This document shows, piece by piece, positions 1 through 14,900 of a stretch of 64,000 bases of DNA (position 1 is its first letter; every line of letters starts with the position of its first letter). The notes below the pieces were generated by a model. That model ran no database searches. It was given only the letters and a program-made list of their open reading frames with translations, and had not been told where the DNA came from. The translations under genes and the position numbers were made by a program. This DNA comes from Daphnia carinata (taxonomy: Eukaryota): positions 4,030,001 to 4,094,000 of the forward strand of contig NC_081332.1 in NCBI RefSeq assembly GCF_022539665.2, in the 5' to 3' direction.

Positions 1-33
1 TAAAAAAACAATATAAGAACAAATAAGGGTTAC

Positions 34-1055
34 TTGTAAACAGCTTGGACGTAATCCGAATCACTTTCGCTTTGGGCGTTCAGCTGACGTCCCATTGCAG
101 TTTCTAGAAATTTTTGAAACGCCATATGCCAGTCAGACTTATCTGTTTCGGGGGTGTCTATAATTACCGCAAATGATATCGAGCGTGCATCGTGTGATGA
201 ATGGGAAAATATCAAATTGTTGGTTAACTGTCACGTCGAGCTTCTCGATGAGTACGGCACTCTGTTCATTGAACACGCGGATGAATTCCTCCAGGATTTT
301 AAAGTGGAAAGTTGGTGTTAGCATTTTGCGTCGCTGGTGCCATTTGCTGCCTGCAAATATGCCGGTACATTTAAAGAAATATATTAGAGAGAAAAAATAA
401 TTATGATTAACATATGCTGTACCTGTGCTCGTCAAAAGTCCAGTGCCTAACCAAGGCTGAATGAAATTATATTCTCGGCTTTTATCGATGATTTTGGTAC
501 TGCTTAGCACCACCTTGACGGAATTTAAAGTGGGATGTTAAGAAACAAAAAATTTTTGAACAACAGATACAGAGATGTAGATGTAACGAAATACCTCTGC
601 GCCTTCAGCGCCACCGACAGAGAACATGGCCAATGGTCCTACCCAAAGCCGTGAGACCGGGTACTTGTTCCATGTTTCGTAGAGCTTCAGAAAGTATGGC
701 AAAATTTCTTGAACAAATAAAGATGGAAATAAAAGAAAAAACACATGTGCAGCAAGCAAGGATTTTCCAACATGAAACGCGAATTACCTTCAGGTTTAAT
801 TAGAAACTCAGTGAAGCTCCCAACAAAGGGAATCTGCGCCGGTGGTCCAGGAATTTTATTGCATCGTTGAAAATACTAGCAAAAGTAGATGTTTTTAATA
901 TCTTTTCAATTTACTTCTCAAAATTCTCTTACCTTGTAATGCCGATACAACGCTGCTACGATAATGGACGCAATGACAAACACAATGGATGAAAAAACTG
1001 TAAAAGAATTTGGAAACGAAGAATAAAATTCAGAGAGGATAATGTTTACGGCCAT
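34..1055 (-). CDS. CYP4: Cytochrome P450 family 4 (CYP4C/4V-like), 5' part; gene continues beyond the left edge
   Basis: Exons (minus) 1055-933, 875-788, 707-595, 513-423, 350-168, 103-34, all GT-AG and in frame. N-terminal TM anchor ([20 protein letters not shown]), IPGPP hinge, [31 protein letters not shown] (WxxxR C-helix typical of CYP4), CTLDIICETAMG. Confidence 0.95.
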
Positions 1056-2261
1056 TATGATAAACGATGTTGCTAGAAGCAGAGCTACCTAGCTGATATC
1101 CGTTCAGTACAGTAAATTTTGCAGCAATTCCAACCAGGAGATTGTAAGTGCTACTGTACTGACAACTTTATCAGCATCCTTTTCGTTGTCTAGCATTTGG
1201 CTAAGTTTCGTTGATTGTAATGTTTTGTTTTTTATGGAGATAACCATTTTTCGTACCTAAAATGATCGTACAGCGTGCAGTCAAGTCAAAATGAGCTCTG
1301 CAATAGAAACTCAATCGAGGTCCAATGAATGTCAGTCAAAACATTTAGTTCGATGACTGTTTCGCTTTTAATTGATTGCACGCCATTTTGTAATAGCATG
1401 CTCTCTTTGCTCATGGTACCCGATACTGCCAGGAATTGGCAACTAATTTTCGATATTTTAGCCGACAGCTATTGAGTTTATCGCCCCTTGACTGTTTGCC
1501 TGCGTGTATCATCATTTGTATCTGCAAATCCATAACGAACTTGTCCGTTTAGTAAAGGTAATTAGCAATTTAGTTACACCTATGTTTTACCCCTTTATGA
1601 AGTGCTTCGTCCGGGAAAGAAGCATAGTGAGAAAGCCACACATACCATCTAGCGGGAAAATGGTGCAGCGGAGAAGTCTAAATATCTTCGCTAGCTGGCT
1701 GCAACGAAAAAGATGTCGTTGCATGACGTCCAAAACTGCCTTTCGCAATTCTTTCCGCAAAAACAGCGTCTTCATCTGTCCTGAAATTCTTATCCCTAGT
1801 TTAACAATGCATCATCATACATATTCAACATGAATGAAGATAAAAACAAAGTACTATTGATAAGCGATCTGAGTAGGAGTCCATTTGCTTCATGATTACT
1901 TTAATATTGCCTCATGTGTAGAACTGGTGTGCTGATTGTTGAAATACCAGCCAAGTGGAAAGGTCTGTCCTAAAAAATTTCAACAATGTTTTCTAGAAGT
2001 TGTAAATGTGATTCAAGTTGTGAAATTAACTAAAAAAAAAAAAAAAGTGTAATAGGTTGTTTGCCACCGACATGCAATGGTAAGAGTAAAAACAAGAAAA
2101 CTTTTCCAACTGGATAACCTTTTGTGGTTTCAGTTACTATTTGCCAAAACACAATCTCCCTAGACTGTTGGTTTATGGTTACATAAACTTTTTTTTACCC
2201 ATATTTTCAAATGAATTGCAGCCTTTGAAAGCCCAGAATTCACACATTTCAATCCCCAATT

Positions 2262-3255
2262 CATTTAACATTTTTGTTATTCTGGTCACTCTGTAAAAAA
2301 AAAACATTCTCAAACATGCATAGATATAAAGGTGCGTTTGCTTTTACCTTAAACACCATTACACGAAGTGAACTTGAAGTATTACGCGATGGGTACTGCA
2401 TGCGACAACAGATTTGCACGATGTTCATAAGCAGAAATGGCGCCATCAGTTCGATCGATCTGTTTTTGGTTATCGTGATCGATTCCTGCAGTTTAGAAAT
2501 CGAGATCAAATGGGATTTAATCGATTCCATTGGCGAGGGCCAGCCATCTATGTGTGCGTCGAATCATCTAACAGTAACATAAATACGGTAAAGGTTGAAA
2601 ATAATAACGACTCAATCTGGAAATAGAACCAGCGTTCAACATTATTATGTAAATTCGTACCAGCTGCAAGAACGGTGACCAAGACGAACAATCCACAAAA
2701 TGCTTTTACAATAATTGTGTTCAAACTGTTTATAATACTTACTTCTTTGCAAAGTTTACTTTTTTTGGCAGTTCTTTGCACACTATCAGTATTGGTTTGT
2801 GGCTATTCAATTCTGTTAGTCAGATTACCTTTGTTGTCAACTGCATATATACGCAAGGGCAAGGGTTTAAATATGACACCTTTACAAACTGGATAATCCA
2901 TCAGGGTTTCTTCTCATATCCATTGTTTTCTTTCCTTAAAAACTGAATTTGTTATCATAATTAGCTGACAAACTGCAAACAATATTTCTGTGCTACTGGT
3001 CTAAGGTTATTTTTTTTCTCTTACCAGTTTCTTCAAATATATGGATGTATGCCCCATCCTCCTACATATTGATTCCCAGTTAATTCAACATCTTTGTTAT
3101 CCTGGTCAGCTAATAAAAAAAAGCAAAACAAAAATATGTAATATTATACCAAAATGTGTTCATACATTTATGGAAATAAATGGGTGTTTGCAGATACCTT
3201 AACACCATTACACAGAGCTGAAATTGAAGTATCAATGAATTATTGCTGCATGTAG
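2262..3255 (-). repeat. Two diverged copies of an exon-intron-exon-like unit (about 2262-2405 and 3082-3255); probable pseudogene or lncRNA relic
   Basis: Plus-strand blocks ttaacatttttgttattctggtca ... tacctt(a)aacaccattacacgaagtgaacttgaagtatt versus tcaacatctttgttatcctggtca ... taccttaacaccattacacagagctgaaattgaagtatc. On the minus strand both show AAG|gta donors and T-rich (y)ag acceptors, but the frames contain stops and indels. Confidence 0.5.
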
Positions 3256-6200
3256 AAAAAAGGTTTCAAGGATATTCTTAGGTTTCCTTCTGGATACCGA
3301 ACTGATTCGCGATTCTTGAACTCCGTGCAGATTCCCAGCGTAGTCACTTGAAACAAATTTAGAAACGGGTAATCAGGAAAACATTTTTTAAGGAAAATGT
3401 CAAACAATGCGATTGGTGCATCCTCCTGCCTACTTGACCCAAGCTGGAATCAAGTGAATATTAGATTTAGTTACCAAAATTAACTCCTAGTGCCCTTTTG
3501 CTGCCATTACCGATAGCGTCTGCTTGTAGCTTTGAAAAAGTATTAAAACTGTACGGCTGATGGCAGCACATTGGTAGACGGGACGTGCCGGTAGGATAAA
3601 GTGGTGATCATGTTCGTCCTACAGTTATGACGCGTTGGTTAATATCAAGTTGTCATTTTCACACCCACAGTCCCGCGTGATAGATTAGAAAATATAAAAA
3701 AGTAGAAACTGTGAGAAAATGGAAAACACTTGAAAACACGATTGTTAACATATCCTGTTTGGCTCTGACAGAAATCGAGAAAAGGCGGCGATGACATGCA
3801 ACCAAAGCACATCAGAGGTTGCACTGCCATACACGAAAATTACTTTGATTTCGAAAAGCGTCCCGGCATCTTCTACATCAATTATCTCCCTAGAAAATTA
3901 AGGCCAACGCATAATTTATATCTCGAGTGCGAAAGTAACCATTGGATTACAGGTGTTGAACAGGAGGGCGGAAACACATTGTACGATTCGAAACAAAAGA
4001 AGAAGAACACTCTCTTCTCAAACCGCAAAGAGAGAAAAGACATCCATAGCTGGCAATTGTTTTTACGTTCACGGATGCTTACGATGTTGTATAGAGAGAG
4101 GATGCGGTGTAGGGGGGAAAAGAAGAACAATAAGAGTGATGGCACAGGTGAAAGTCATCTATTCATTTCAACCTAAAGATTAGGATTTTCTGTTTCGATT
4201 CCAAATTAGCGTATGATTGTTTGAAAGAAAGTTCCCAAATAATTGCGGTACCCATTTATTTTGCTTCACATGAATTTGAAATTTAATGATCTCGCAAGTC
4301 GGGCACATGTCCCCATATTTCCATTGACGACATATCGGCTGGACTTTCTCGCTTCCATCACATCAAAACAAGTGTCCCTGACGAATGATTAATGGTCGAC
4401 GTGTATAATATACAGGTATAATATAGCTGTAATGAAATCTCTCACGGAGTCTGGGAGAAAAAAAAACCAATCACGAACGTGCCAGTTCACTTTCCAGGCA
4501 CGAAAGAATCGGCGGACCTTGTCGACATGCACAGCTGACCAAAAGCTTTTTGGGGAAGAAAAAAATTTGAATAATGAAAACAAGAACCGGCGAAAGTTTG
4601 ACGAGATTCTAATCGATGCGACCGTGAGCCCCTTCTCGAAAAAAAAAACACGCGTGACTCTCCTCCCGCTATATAGAAGATGAGCTACCCCTAAGGGGTT
4701 GTCCCTCGCAGCTGGAGTGTACGTGTGCTGACCCCCTGGACATGCGGCGCACTTGTACAGCGATGGTTATTGTATGTTTTAAGATACACGAAACGACAAC
4801 AAGAGAAATGCAATAACGGATGGAAAAATCCAAATGAATCGTGACATGCGGCGTAGAGTCCCCTGCAATAGTCCATAGGATTGATTTCGAGTACTATAGT
4901 ATTCTTTAAAAAAAAAATAAAACGATGTTGGGTTTGGCGGTGTTTACAAATGCAGTCAAATTCGCAGTTTTAGCTGACGAGAAAGTCAAACAATGCGGAT
5001 GAATAATAGTATAGAAAAATTTATTTTGCTATTGAAAATATGCTCAAACGTTCACTTTCTAACAAAAGCCTTCGAGTTCAAACATTTGTAATTTATAGTT
5101 AGAAATTTGTTTCTTTTTGGCTATAGAAAGGGATGGGCCAAACAGGTCCGGTGTTCACCGGAGGCGTGTGATGACTATGCGTCGATTCCGTCAAGCTCTC
5201 TCACTCTCACAAAAATCTTTTTTTTTAAACTATTTTTGTTTCGTCATTGAGTTTCGTTGTCATTTTTCTACTCGGATGACTGTGAGAGAGTCGTGAGAAT
5301 AAAACAGGATAATAACAATAAATAGGAGCACCGGACGAGAAAGATTTATTTAGTCTAAAAAAAAACATTTCTTAAAGTAAATAATTGTTTGGTGTCCTAA
5401 TGTCCGTGTAACAACTCACTTTCCAATATCTAGCCGCTATGCGAAATTTCATTCATTGGCAACGTGTAATTTTGTGTATATAGCAGCGGGGCGAAAGGAG
5501 AAACAAGTGGAGCATATTGACCAATTCATTCGGCCTTCAGTAAACGTTCAAAAAAATTGAGTTATTGTTTACAACTTCTTCTATAACATTTCACTTTTTT
5601 TTTTACACCGACAGTGATTCTCTCACCTTGGATCATCTTTCGCACATTTGTCATCCTCCCCCTATTGAATTTGTGGTCTGCCAAACTATAAGTTCCTCCA
5701 CAAAGAGAGATGGGTAAAGAAATTCAGCCAATACACAAAAAAGAATTGCATATAGCCTGAAGCTGTTGAAGAACATTTTTTTTTTAAACTGCAATAAATT
5801 ATGCATGTAAGATAGAGAAGAAGATGATTATTTTTATGCCCCAGCAATATACGAAGACTAATAATGGTTCTCATCACACGACTGGCTTTTCAGCAGGACT
5901 GAAAGGGGTTAACAACAATCGAGCCTTTAATTGTTTGTAACGCACACACTAGCATCAATTATTCAGCCGAATTCTTTGTGTATTTATACACAGAAAGAGA
6001 GAGAGCTCATAAAACTTTTTGCATTTGAAAAATACTCGTCTAAGAAACCGGGCGGGTTTGGGACTTTAAATGGCAACAGTGAACCAACTGGAGGTAATCA
6101 AAAATAGAAGAAAATGAGGAGAGAGTCTTCTTTCCCGAACACATTTGTAATAGTCTACACTTTCAACATATAGTTAATACAGAAGCAATTTTATTTTTTT

Positions 6201-8748
6201 TTTAAGACTTCCATTTTACGCGAAATTGAAGGGAACACGTTTAAAGTGTTATTATAGATTACCTGATGGAATGTCTTGGCGCGAAATTCGTTTCTCTAAA
6301 CTTTCTTTCTGACTCTTTCATCGATCTGGTTCGAAAATAGCTACAACATTCAATGAGCTGTGATGCAAGGAAACAAAGCAAATGCTGGAGGTTGATGCTG
6401 GGTATGCATTCCGGTAAATGACATCAGGTTTTGGGCCGTACTCGATCAATAAAGAAGGTGAAAATTTATACGGCAGACGTAAAACAATGGTATGTATGTT
6501 TTCTTTTTCCTTAACGACAAGTTGTTTCATTTTTCTCCTTATTATTCCTTTTCTAAAATAGCATCTTAGTAGGCCGGACATCTGTTCAAAACCTGTTGCT
6601 GGCCTACTTATTTCTTTGACCGGGCCGTGGTGTGAGGCAAAGAAAAGCTCGTCGGAATTGATTCATTAACAAGCGATCGTTATTCACGTTTTTTTTTCAA
6701 AGCGGAATGACAACAAAATTAATACTGTCCTTTTTATGTCTTTAGATTTATTTGATTGCAAAAATTGCTAATCCAAAAGCTTTTCTAGTGTCACTCTGAA
6801 TCAGCGTACATAAAGAATGCAATTAGATGGCAGTGTGTCAAGAATTTCTGAAATCTACAATTAATGAAAAATAAATCAACTTTCCACGTACGGTTCACTA
6901 ACTTTGTTTTTGAAAATGTAATTGGACGGGTGTTTTGCATTTTGATCTCAAAAAATTTCTCTTTTTCTCTAGATCTTAGATTTCTAACTGTAGAATGTCT
7001 GTAGAAACTATGTACAGGTAGATGGAATGGATACAACCAATCGAATCAGTCTATGTCGATCCATCCGGAGATATGGAATCGATTGGGTGGAAGGCACTTC
7101 TTTTCTCCCCTTCGATTATGATGTTTATCATTTCAGATTTTTTCCCAAAAAACTTTCTCTTTGAACAAGAGCGTTCGGAGAAAGATAATATTAAATCAAA
7201 AAATCGGAATTACATTTCACGCCTAGAGCTGTTGATATAATATACCAGCATCAATTAGTACATCAAACTGACGTACATAAATCACACGAAAATTCAGTTA
7301 TTTCAACCCCTATGAATTCGAATTTGGCGCCAGTTTGTTGGCCATATTTTCAATTTAACCTTTTAGCGTGAAAGAAAACTCCGCTTAAAAGTTAATACGA
7401 TAATTTTTTGAATCCCGAAAAGAGTATGGTGACACACATTCTTTTTTTGCTTCGTCTTATGTCGTGGATCAAGTTTTTCCTCCTACTCTTCATTGACGGT
7501 AACGGTTTCTTCCAGTAAGGCGGTTTAACCGACCTGAAATGATACAGCTGCCCAATTCTCTCAAGTAACAGCCAGGGAATAGGAGCAAGACGACAAACGA
7601 ATTAAAGGACTTAAAAATAAAAAAGAGTATCGTAATTTCTGTAAGAGTAGCGTCCGGCATATGGCGTTGTTAACAAGGACAACTTGTACCGTTGGTTACA
7701 TGTACAACGTGTATACGATACTAACCATTTTCAGAGAAAGACCACCTGTGTTGTTAAGAATGTTATGCTCCATGCCCTACAGTGTATTAACATGTGATGT
7801 AAGGTGCGATTAAACTGTGCAGCTTGTTGTTGTCCGAGTGACACAAAGGCTCGTGTCGTTGGTCTACACAATAATTTAAAAAAAATAACTAATGTACTTG
7901 ATGTTCATGATTAAAGTGTATCTAATTTAAGTTTAGGTTTATTTTAGTTAGATGATTCATCGATGCATAATTAGACTAGTGTGTATGTCTTTTGCCACGT
8001 GTAGAAAAAATAATATGATGAAAAATATGCAAAAAAGAGGCAGGGTAAGAAAAGGAAAGAAAAAAACAAGTTGTCCTGACCATGGAAATTATTTGGGGTA
8101 GGGAGAGAAAAGTAGTATTTGAATAGTATTCCATAGGGAATCAGTTGCAATATCTTCAACTGAAAACAAAATAATCCAAGGTCAACGACTTTCAGCCAAG
8201 GAGGTAGGGTACGCAAATTGTAAGACGAAAACAATATTTAAATTGGTCATGTCCATCCAAAAACAACTTTTTAAAATTATGCAAACTTTACATGCTTGAC
8301 TATTGCAATAATGAAGTAAACAATATTTAAATTTTTTCAAGTTTCGACATAGGCCCCTGTTCGAATCCCTCCACAGCCTAATCTTCCCCACCCCCCACAT
8401 TCATAACACTTAAAGCATATTTAAAATTTAATCGGGTAATTATGTTTCTTAATAAATTTATTCAAGATGTAATTCGTGAATATCAATATTTAAAAGTGGT
8501 GACCTTCATTTTTGCCAATCATGAATGGTTTTAAGTCGGTAATTTATTTTTGACTTAGTTTTTTAATATAACATACATCATTGTGCCATGCCAAACTCAC
8601 GCCGAATTAGAATGGTGAGCTGATTGTAATCACGACTGTATCTATTGGATAAAATTCGTGAAATGTTCGCACAGAAAAAAGAAAATGACTCCCGGTTTTG
8701 TTCTGCTTTATTTAAATTTTTCTTTTCCATAATGGATTTGTGTGGGTA

Positions 8749-8934
8749 GACTAGTAGTAGGTCGGACATAATACCAAGAATAATCACCGTATCTGCGAAT
8801 ACGCAAATAAATTTAAACGGGAGAAAAAGAGAGGGGTGTCGGACACTATCCCGCGGTTATCTTTGCGATTCCCGGTTTTCCCGCGGTTATTTTCTGCACC
8901 ACTATGTGACCATTATCAATTTTTACCACTAGTC
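8749..8934. mobile_element. Possible MITE-like relic (~186 bp) with imperfect terminal inverted repeats
   Basis: Left end GACTAGTAGTAG (8749-8760), right end TTACCACTAGTC (8923-8934, reverse complement GACTAGTGGTAA). Internal direct repeats CCCGCGGTTAT x2 and GTCGGACA x2. No clear target-site duplication. Confidence 0.25.
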
Positions 8935-11900
8935 CAACAATTTTTTGTCGGGCGTAAAATATAAGCAGAACAACCATCAAAATCACATTATTGAATACAA
9001 CATACTCGAAATTCGATAAGAATCCAATCAAAACAAAGGTAGGGCTGCAAATGAAGAAAAAGGAGACTAATTTCGATCGAAATTAGTGTCACACTCTCGT
9101 AATGAAGAAAAAAAAACATTTAAATTTATGCCATCGTTATTTTCTAAGTACAGGTAATATTGCCAACGTTTTCCCATCAAGAAAGAAAAAAACTTTTGTA
9201 ATTTCGGCAATTATGTATACGTGTTAGCCAAAAGAATCATTTCAGACATACAAGGTGGGGGGTGAAACTATCGTCGAAAAGAATGGCGAATAAAGTGCAT
9301 AGCCACTACCTTCATTGTCTTCATGTCTCTGCGTGAGAATCGTGCGCTCTACAGTGCGTGAATGATGGCAACGGTGTGATTTTCTCAAAGTCTCCCAAGA
9401 ACAATAATAATAATAAAAAAAAAAGAAGGTAGAATGTACAATAACTATAGGCTCTGTTATTATATAAATATTTTTTTTCCAGAGACCAGCTGTCGGTTAC
9501 ACTTCGAAAAAAGTTAATTTATCGTGCGTTCCTGTTTTCTTCGTGGGCAAATGAGGTAACGTCCCTCCATCGTGTGAATTCTAACGAAAACGCAGTGGAC
9601 AACGAAGCAAAACTAAAAAAACTGGTCAAATTGGCCACTACTTGCATTTTGCCCGTTGCGTTTTTTTTAAATACCGTAAAGTTTATTACTAACCTGCATT
9701 CTCTCAACCGTCGAGATTTACAATGTTGGGCCATTTATGGATACCGAATTTCGCTGAATATTTCGTATTCTTTTAACATACGGAAGTCGGGCAGTGATGG
9801 CCCCTTCAACATTTTAGATGAAACAAGCTGCTACCATAATCAAGAGTCATAAAACATCAGCTGGTCGAGAAACAGAGAGAGAGTCGGCCATCTTTAACAG
9901 AAGCGTCTGCTTGGATCACCATCATCACGTCGTCAAAAGTGTTTCTTTTTTGTGTGAGAGTTTAAGAGAAAAAAGGGGCTCTAGAAGAAAAAGGAGGTGA
10001 AGTTGTCGTCACGCAGATTGGCAGCCGACAGACTTAGAAAAAGAAAATAGCAATGAATGGAAGATGGCCACAGAAGGAGAAAAGACTTTCGAAAAAAAGG
10101 GAAAGAAAACTGCCTAAGAAAACGATGTTCGTCTTTCACGTGAAAGCTTTCATTCTTGAAAGGGTAACAATGAACGGGATTCTACGTGCCGATGTCCACC
10201 TGTCGTGCTCATTTCATATTCTTTCTTCCTGTCAAGGGTCAAACTGAATTACATTAAATAAGATTTGTCCAATTCATCAAGACACTTCAGTATGTAGCAC
10301 AACTGTGCACGCTTCCACAATCTACACCCAACAAACTGTACACACACGGGGTCATTAAATACAAAGATAAGATTTCTTCTGTAGGAGTCAACAATAACGT
10401 ACCCATAGTGTCGGCTATTGAGTTTTCTATTTGACGTGTATCCATTAAACTGCCGCCATTGACGTCACGGGAAGGAAAACCGAATAATTTTTTCATAAAA
10501 CGCCAGTTCATCAGTGACAACGGTGGACATTTTCTGCTGGAAAAAGAAAACCAAACAATTAAATTCCAGACTTACGGAACACCGCGTGTCGAATGCCTAT
10601 CGGCGTCATTTACAAGGTAAGTTCGAATCCAATTTTTTTCTGATCATGTTCCCCGGAAAACGATTTTCAGTCGATTTAGGAAAATGTACACAATAGCCTT
10701 GGATTAGAAATGTCGATTCACTGTGCTACGTTTAAACGAGAGCTCTTGTTTTCTTATAAGACTGGAGGCTAATGCCCAACGACCTCGACGGATTGGCCTG
10801 CACGTAATGTGTTTAGGTCTATTCAAATTTCTGATTTTTTTTTTTTTCCTGCCGACCGCAATAACCTTGAATGAAACACACAGGTTTTTAATATTACCAT
10901 ATAAAGGATAGATACATACATATTCAATGGCCGTGAGTGTGTGAATCGTGGGCATCGTTTCATACCGTCAGCCGGGAAATAAAGGACCAAATACATTGTG
11001 TTTCAGTGTGATGGGTGTGTATCAAAAACCGTCCATCATTCGCCTGAAGCTTGGAGAAAGTGATGAACATTTAATTGTTCTTAATCCTGGAAGAAAATTA
11101 GAAAAAAAAACAAGTCAAAAGTGCATCAACATTTCGTGAAATACATTATTGAGGGCAAAAATGTTTGAAATAACGGGAGAGAGAGCAAGTAAAATACTTT
11201 CAATGACACGGTGTGCATCCCTCGTTAGACTCGAGCCGAATATCGTCGACGATAGCGATAACAGGTGATTGAGAAGATAAGAAAAACATTGGAACCCGCA
11301 GTCAAGTTAATCATCGTGCGGTTTTACCACATTTCTAAGGCTGTGTAGCCGTCCGGTCCGGATTCCGAATGAGCCACCTGTTCATCCACTCCGTGAGTGA
11401 TGACGTATGAAAATGTAATGAGTTTTCACCGCTTTGAACTCCGGGTTCAAACAGCTTTGCTTGAACTCTTTTAAAATAAGAAAAATCGAATTCTTCGCCG
11501 GGGGGTAGCCCAAACAAATGAACACACTTGATAGATGGTGTGTGGTTACAAGCTATGAAAGCGAGTGAAAACGTTTACGATTTGTTTCTTTTTTCACTCT
11601 GATTTTTCTTCTTTCCCGCAGAGGCTCCACTTCCTGCGACCGCCACACACGATGAATCTCGTTTTCCTCCTTTACCATGGCCATTTTATAACAAGATGAC
11701 CTCCATACGTCACCGATTACTCACCGCGTGTTGGGCCTCTGCTAAAATGGGCGCCTAGTTCCTGGAAGAAGACATTGAAACCTACTAAACAGCATCCCTA
11801 TTTCATTACCGGACAATGATAAAGTTAAATTGTTTTCCGGGCTCAAATTTCTTATTATCCATTCTGTTTTTTGTGCTTTTTTTTTGCAGATAGGTTTTCA

Positions 11901-14900
11901 TTTATTTACTGACAAAATTTATGCTGATCATTCCTTCGCAGTTGGCGATTGCAACATCGAAATTTGTCAACATGGCGTGGTGTCTGTTTCATTCCCAGCC
12001 ACTGATTTATGGCCATGGTCGAACGACTAATGCCCTCCCTCGAAAAGAAAAAGGACATTTCTCTTTTTTCCTCGATAGTCAATTGCTTAGACGTGTCCTC
12101 TGTCAAACCATCGTTCGTAACAAGAAAAGAGAAAACAACAATAGACGTGAAACAAACAGACGAAATCAGTGCCCTACGAAACGGATGAGTGAGACCAGCC
12201 CACGCCGTCAACCGCCGATTGTTTCTAAACTGCGAAAGTCATTCTAAACTCTATCCATGCGGAACGGTAACAGGAAAAGAAGAGCACAAAGAACAACAAT
12301 CTACGGGAAAGAAAGAAAAAGTGAATTTTAAAAAGTAAATGAGAGAGAGAGAGTCGTGATTGAAATGGTCGTGATGGCGATCGGCATCCCCCTGACGGAA
12401 GAAAAGTGCGAAAAAAAATGAAGAACCCACAGGAAATGCTGCACGCCAACATTCAATGATCCTCTGAGGGGTTGAATTAGCAAAAAAAAAAAAAGAAAAG
12501 AAAATGAGTATGTTTCTGTCATCATCGTCAGCGGTCACGATTTTCGCCCTGCTGTTGAACGGAAACGATTGTAAAGTTGAAGTGAGCCGAACGAAAGTTT
12601 TCCTAGCTGCTGCAACAATTGCCAAGACGAGAAGAAAGGAATAAAAAAAAATCGAGATATTAGCAGCCACTATAGACTACCGTGCCATTTTCACCGGAAT
12701 TCCTTATAGACTGAAGCATTTTATCCTCAGGGTATCTGCAAAATCTCAGTTTTTTTTTTGTTAAGATGTTTATTTTGACGCAAAGCCCACTCCAACATTT
12801 CAGCCAATCGTCAAAGAATTCATTGAATTTGCAAGAGAAGAAGATTGGAAGCTGAGCAGCACGCGGACGTTCTCGTTTAGCATGTGCAAGAAAATGCATG
12901 AACCATTGACCTGTGCAACTTTCAAAACTGCCCAAAACTGTCAGCAAAAGAAAAAAGAGTTAGAGAGAGTGTTTTTCTCATATGTTCTGGACGTTGTCAT
13001 CCAATTTAGGGAAGAGACCCTCAAATGCTGCCCGTATGTATGCACACCCATGTTTGTTTACTGTTTTCTCTCGAAAGAGAAAGAAACTGAGAGAAAGGCC
13101 AAAAGAAGATTGTCTATCCGGCCATTGAGGAGTTGCCGGGAGAAATCGAGGTGAATACGGCAACGTTGCGCCCGCCTCTTCGACCCACCAAGTTCTGTAG
13201 GAAAAAGAACACAAATGCCTTGGGGTTCCATTACCTTACCTTTCCTCTCGTGTTCAAGTTTTAGTTGGGACTTGTTGGTCGCCGAATGAAGACTAGTCGT
13301 CGGTGCGTGCGTGTGTTTCCTCGTGAAATATGACTGTGAATCACGCCGTATTTAAAACTAACCCACTCCAAATTGTTAACTGTGTCTTAAGTGTAAACAC
13401 GTGGTGAATTTTGCAACATCCATACGGAAACTTGTTAAATCACGTGAATTCCAATCTTGCCAATTATTTCGGCATCGTTTAATCGTGAATCCATCGGTAG
13501 AAAAAAGAAATATCCGGAAAAAATTTAACGACATCAACTGATTTCAACGATATTATTCGATTCGGGTAAGATGAGCCATTTTTTTCCCTCCAAAGTTAGC
13601 CTCTTGTTCACGCATTCAAAATGGAACCTTATTATGCCCATACACGTTTCCATAGAGGACAGAGAGAGAAGAGAGAGATGATTTGTCCTTGGATTTTAAG
13701 GTTTTCTTTTTAAATGTGTACATTTCCAACCGTATATGTGTTGGATGTCGAGCCTCGTGTGTTTCTCTTTCTACTTGTCGCGCCATCTTTAATTTTTAAA
13801 GACGCTCATTAGCTAAGAGGTGATGATCCGTGTCAATAGGAAAAATAAAGTAGGCACCCCTTGTTTTCTCTCCCCCGTGGACATGTCACGTAGCTGAAGA
13901 TTAACAACCAAACAAAAGGACCTTTTCACATTTTTTTTATGTAATCAAACCCTTGGATGGTTATAGGGACGCCTAGTCGTAACAAGGGATTCATTATGGG
14001 GGGGGGGGAGTCTGTTGTTGCATGTTCCATTGGGACGGGTAACCCTTCCCATTTTATTTTTAAATCTGTCGTTGTGGAAAATTGTGGTCATAATCGTTCA
14101 TCAAAAGGCGTCAGCTGAAATATCATCAGGTTATTAACCAGTCGTTGAAAAAAAGGGGGACGAAAGTTGCAGCGGGAGTTTATTGTAGAGCCAAGTCAAG
14201 CGGGAAGGGGCATCCAATGGGAATCAAAGAGAAAGACAAGAAGCGGAGGACGATGGCACCAAACTGAAGAGACTAGGAGAGAGGTTTCGTACGAGAAAGA
14301 ACAACAAAAAAAAAATATAGGTCAGAAAGCCATTGCTACTAGTGTGTGTGTGTATACACATTCGGGGCTGTGTTGCCACTAGTCACCGTAAAGACAACAT
14401 ACTAAATAAAGGAGGGTTGGGTACATAAATAATTGTACTTCTTTTTTTTTTTTTCTTTTTTTTTTATAATTTGTATTAGATTTAATTTATGAGGGAGGAA
14501 AAAAGCGATCAGTCAAATGAGTTGGGACTTTCTTTCTTTCGCCATTCAGGAAACAACTCTTTTTTTTTTTGTTGGGTCTATCCTGTTGTCAAAAAAAAAA
14601 AAAGAAAATGGTGAAATAATCGAAACTCGAATGGTGCCAATCGATTGGTTCGTTAAACAGACAATTGATTATTCATTAAGGTTGGGCGCCTCCGGTTTGC
14701 AACGCGTTATGAAAGAGATCCCTACGTCTTTTCGTAATAATTTTCTTATGGCTGCACCCGTCTTTTTCAAAAAATTTTCGTAGTTAGTTAGTTTCCTCAG
14801 TGATCTTTCACTTTTTCAAATGTCTTCGGAAAGGGCACAGGTGATATTGGTTCATTCTCTTTCAACATTTTCTTCCAAAGAATTGGGGAAAGTCGGGGAC

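Noticed and set aside
6720..6840. Partial matches to miR-8 (TAATACTGTC) and miR-34 (TGGCAGTGTG)
   Set aside because: Only ~10 nt match and there is no precursor hairpin; expected by chance.
7035..7090. Imperfect hairpin CCAATCGA...TCGATTGG as a pre-miRNA
   Set aside because: Short bulged stem and no match to any conserved miRNA I recognise; small-RNA data would be needed.
8340..8400. GTTCGAATCC as part of a tRNA gene
   Set aside because: No acceptor stem, D-arm or anticodon arm around it.
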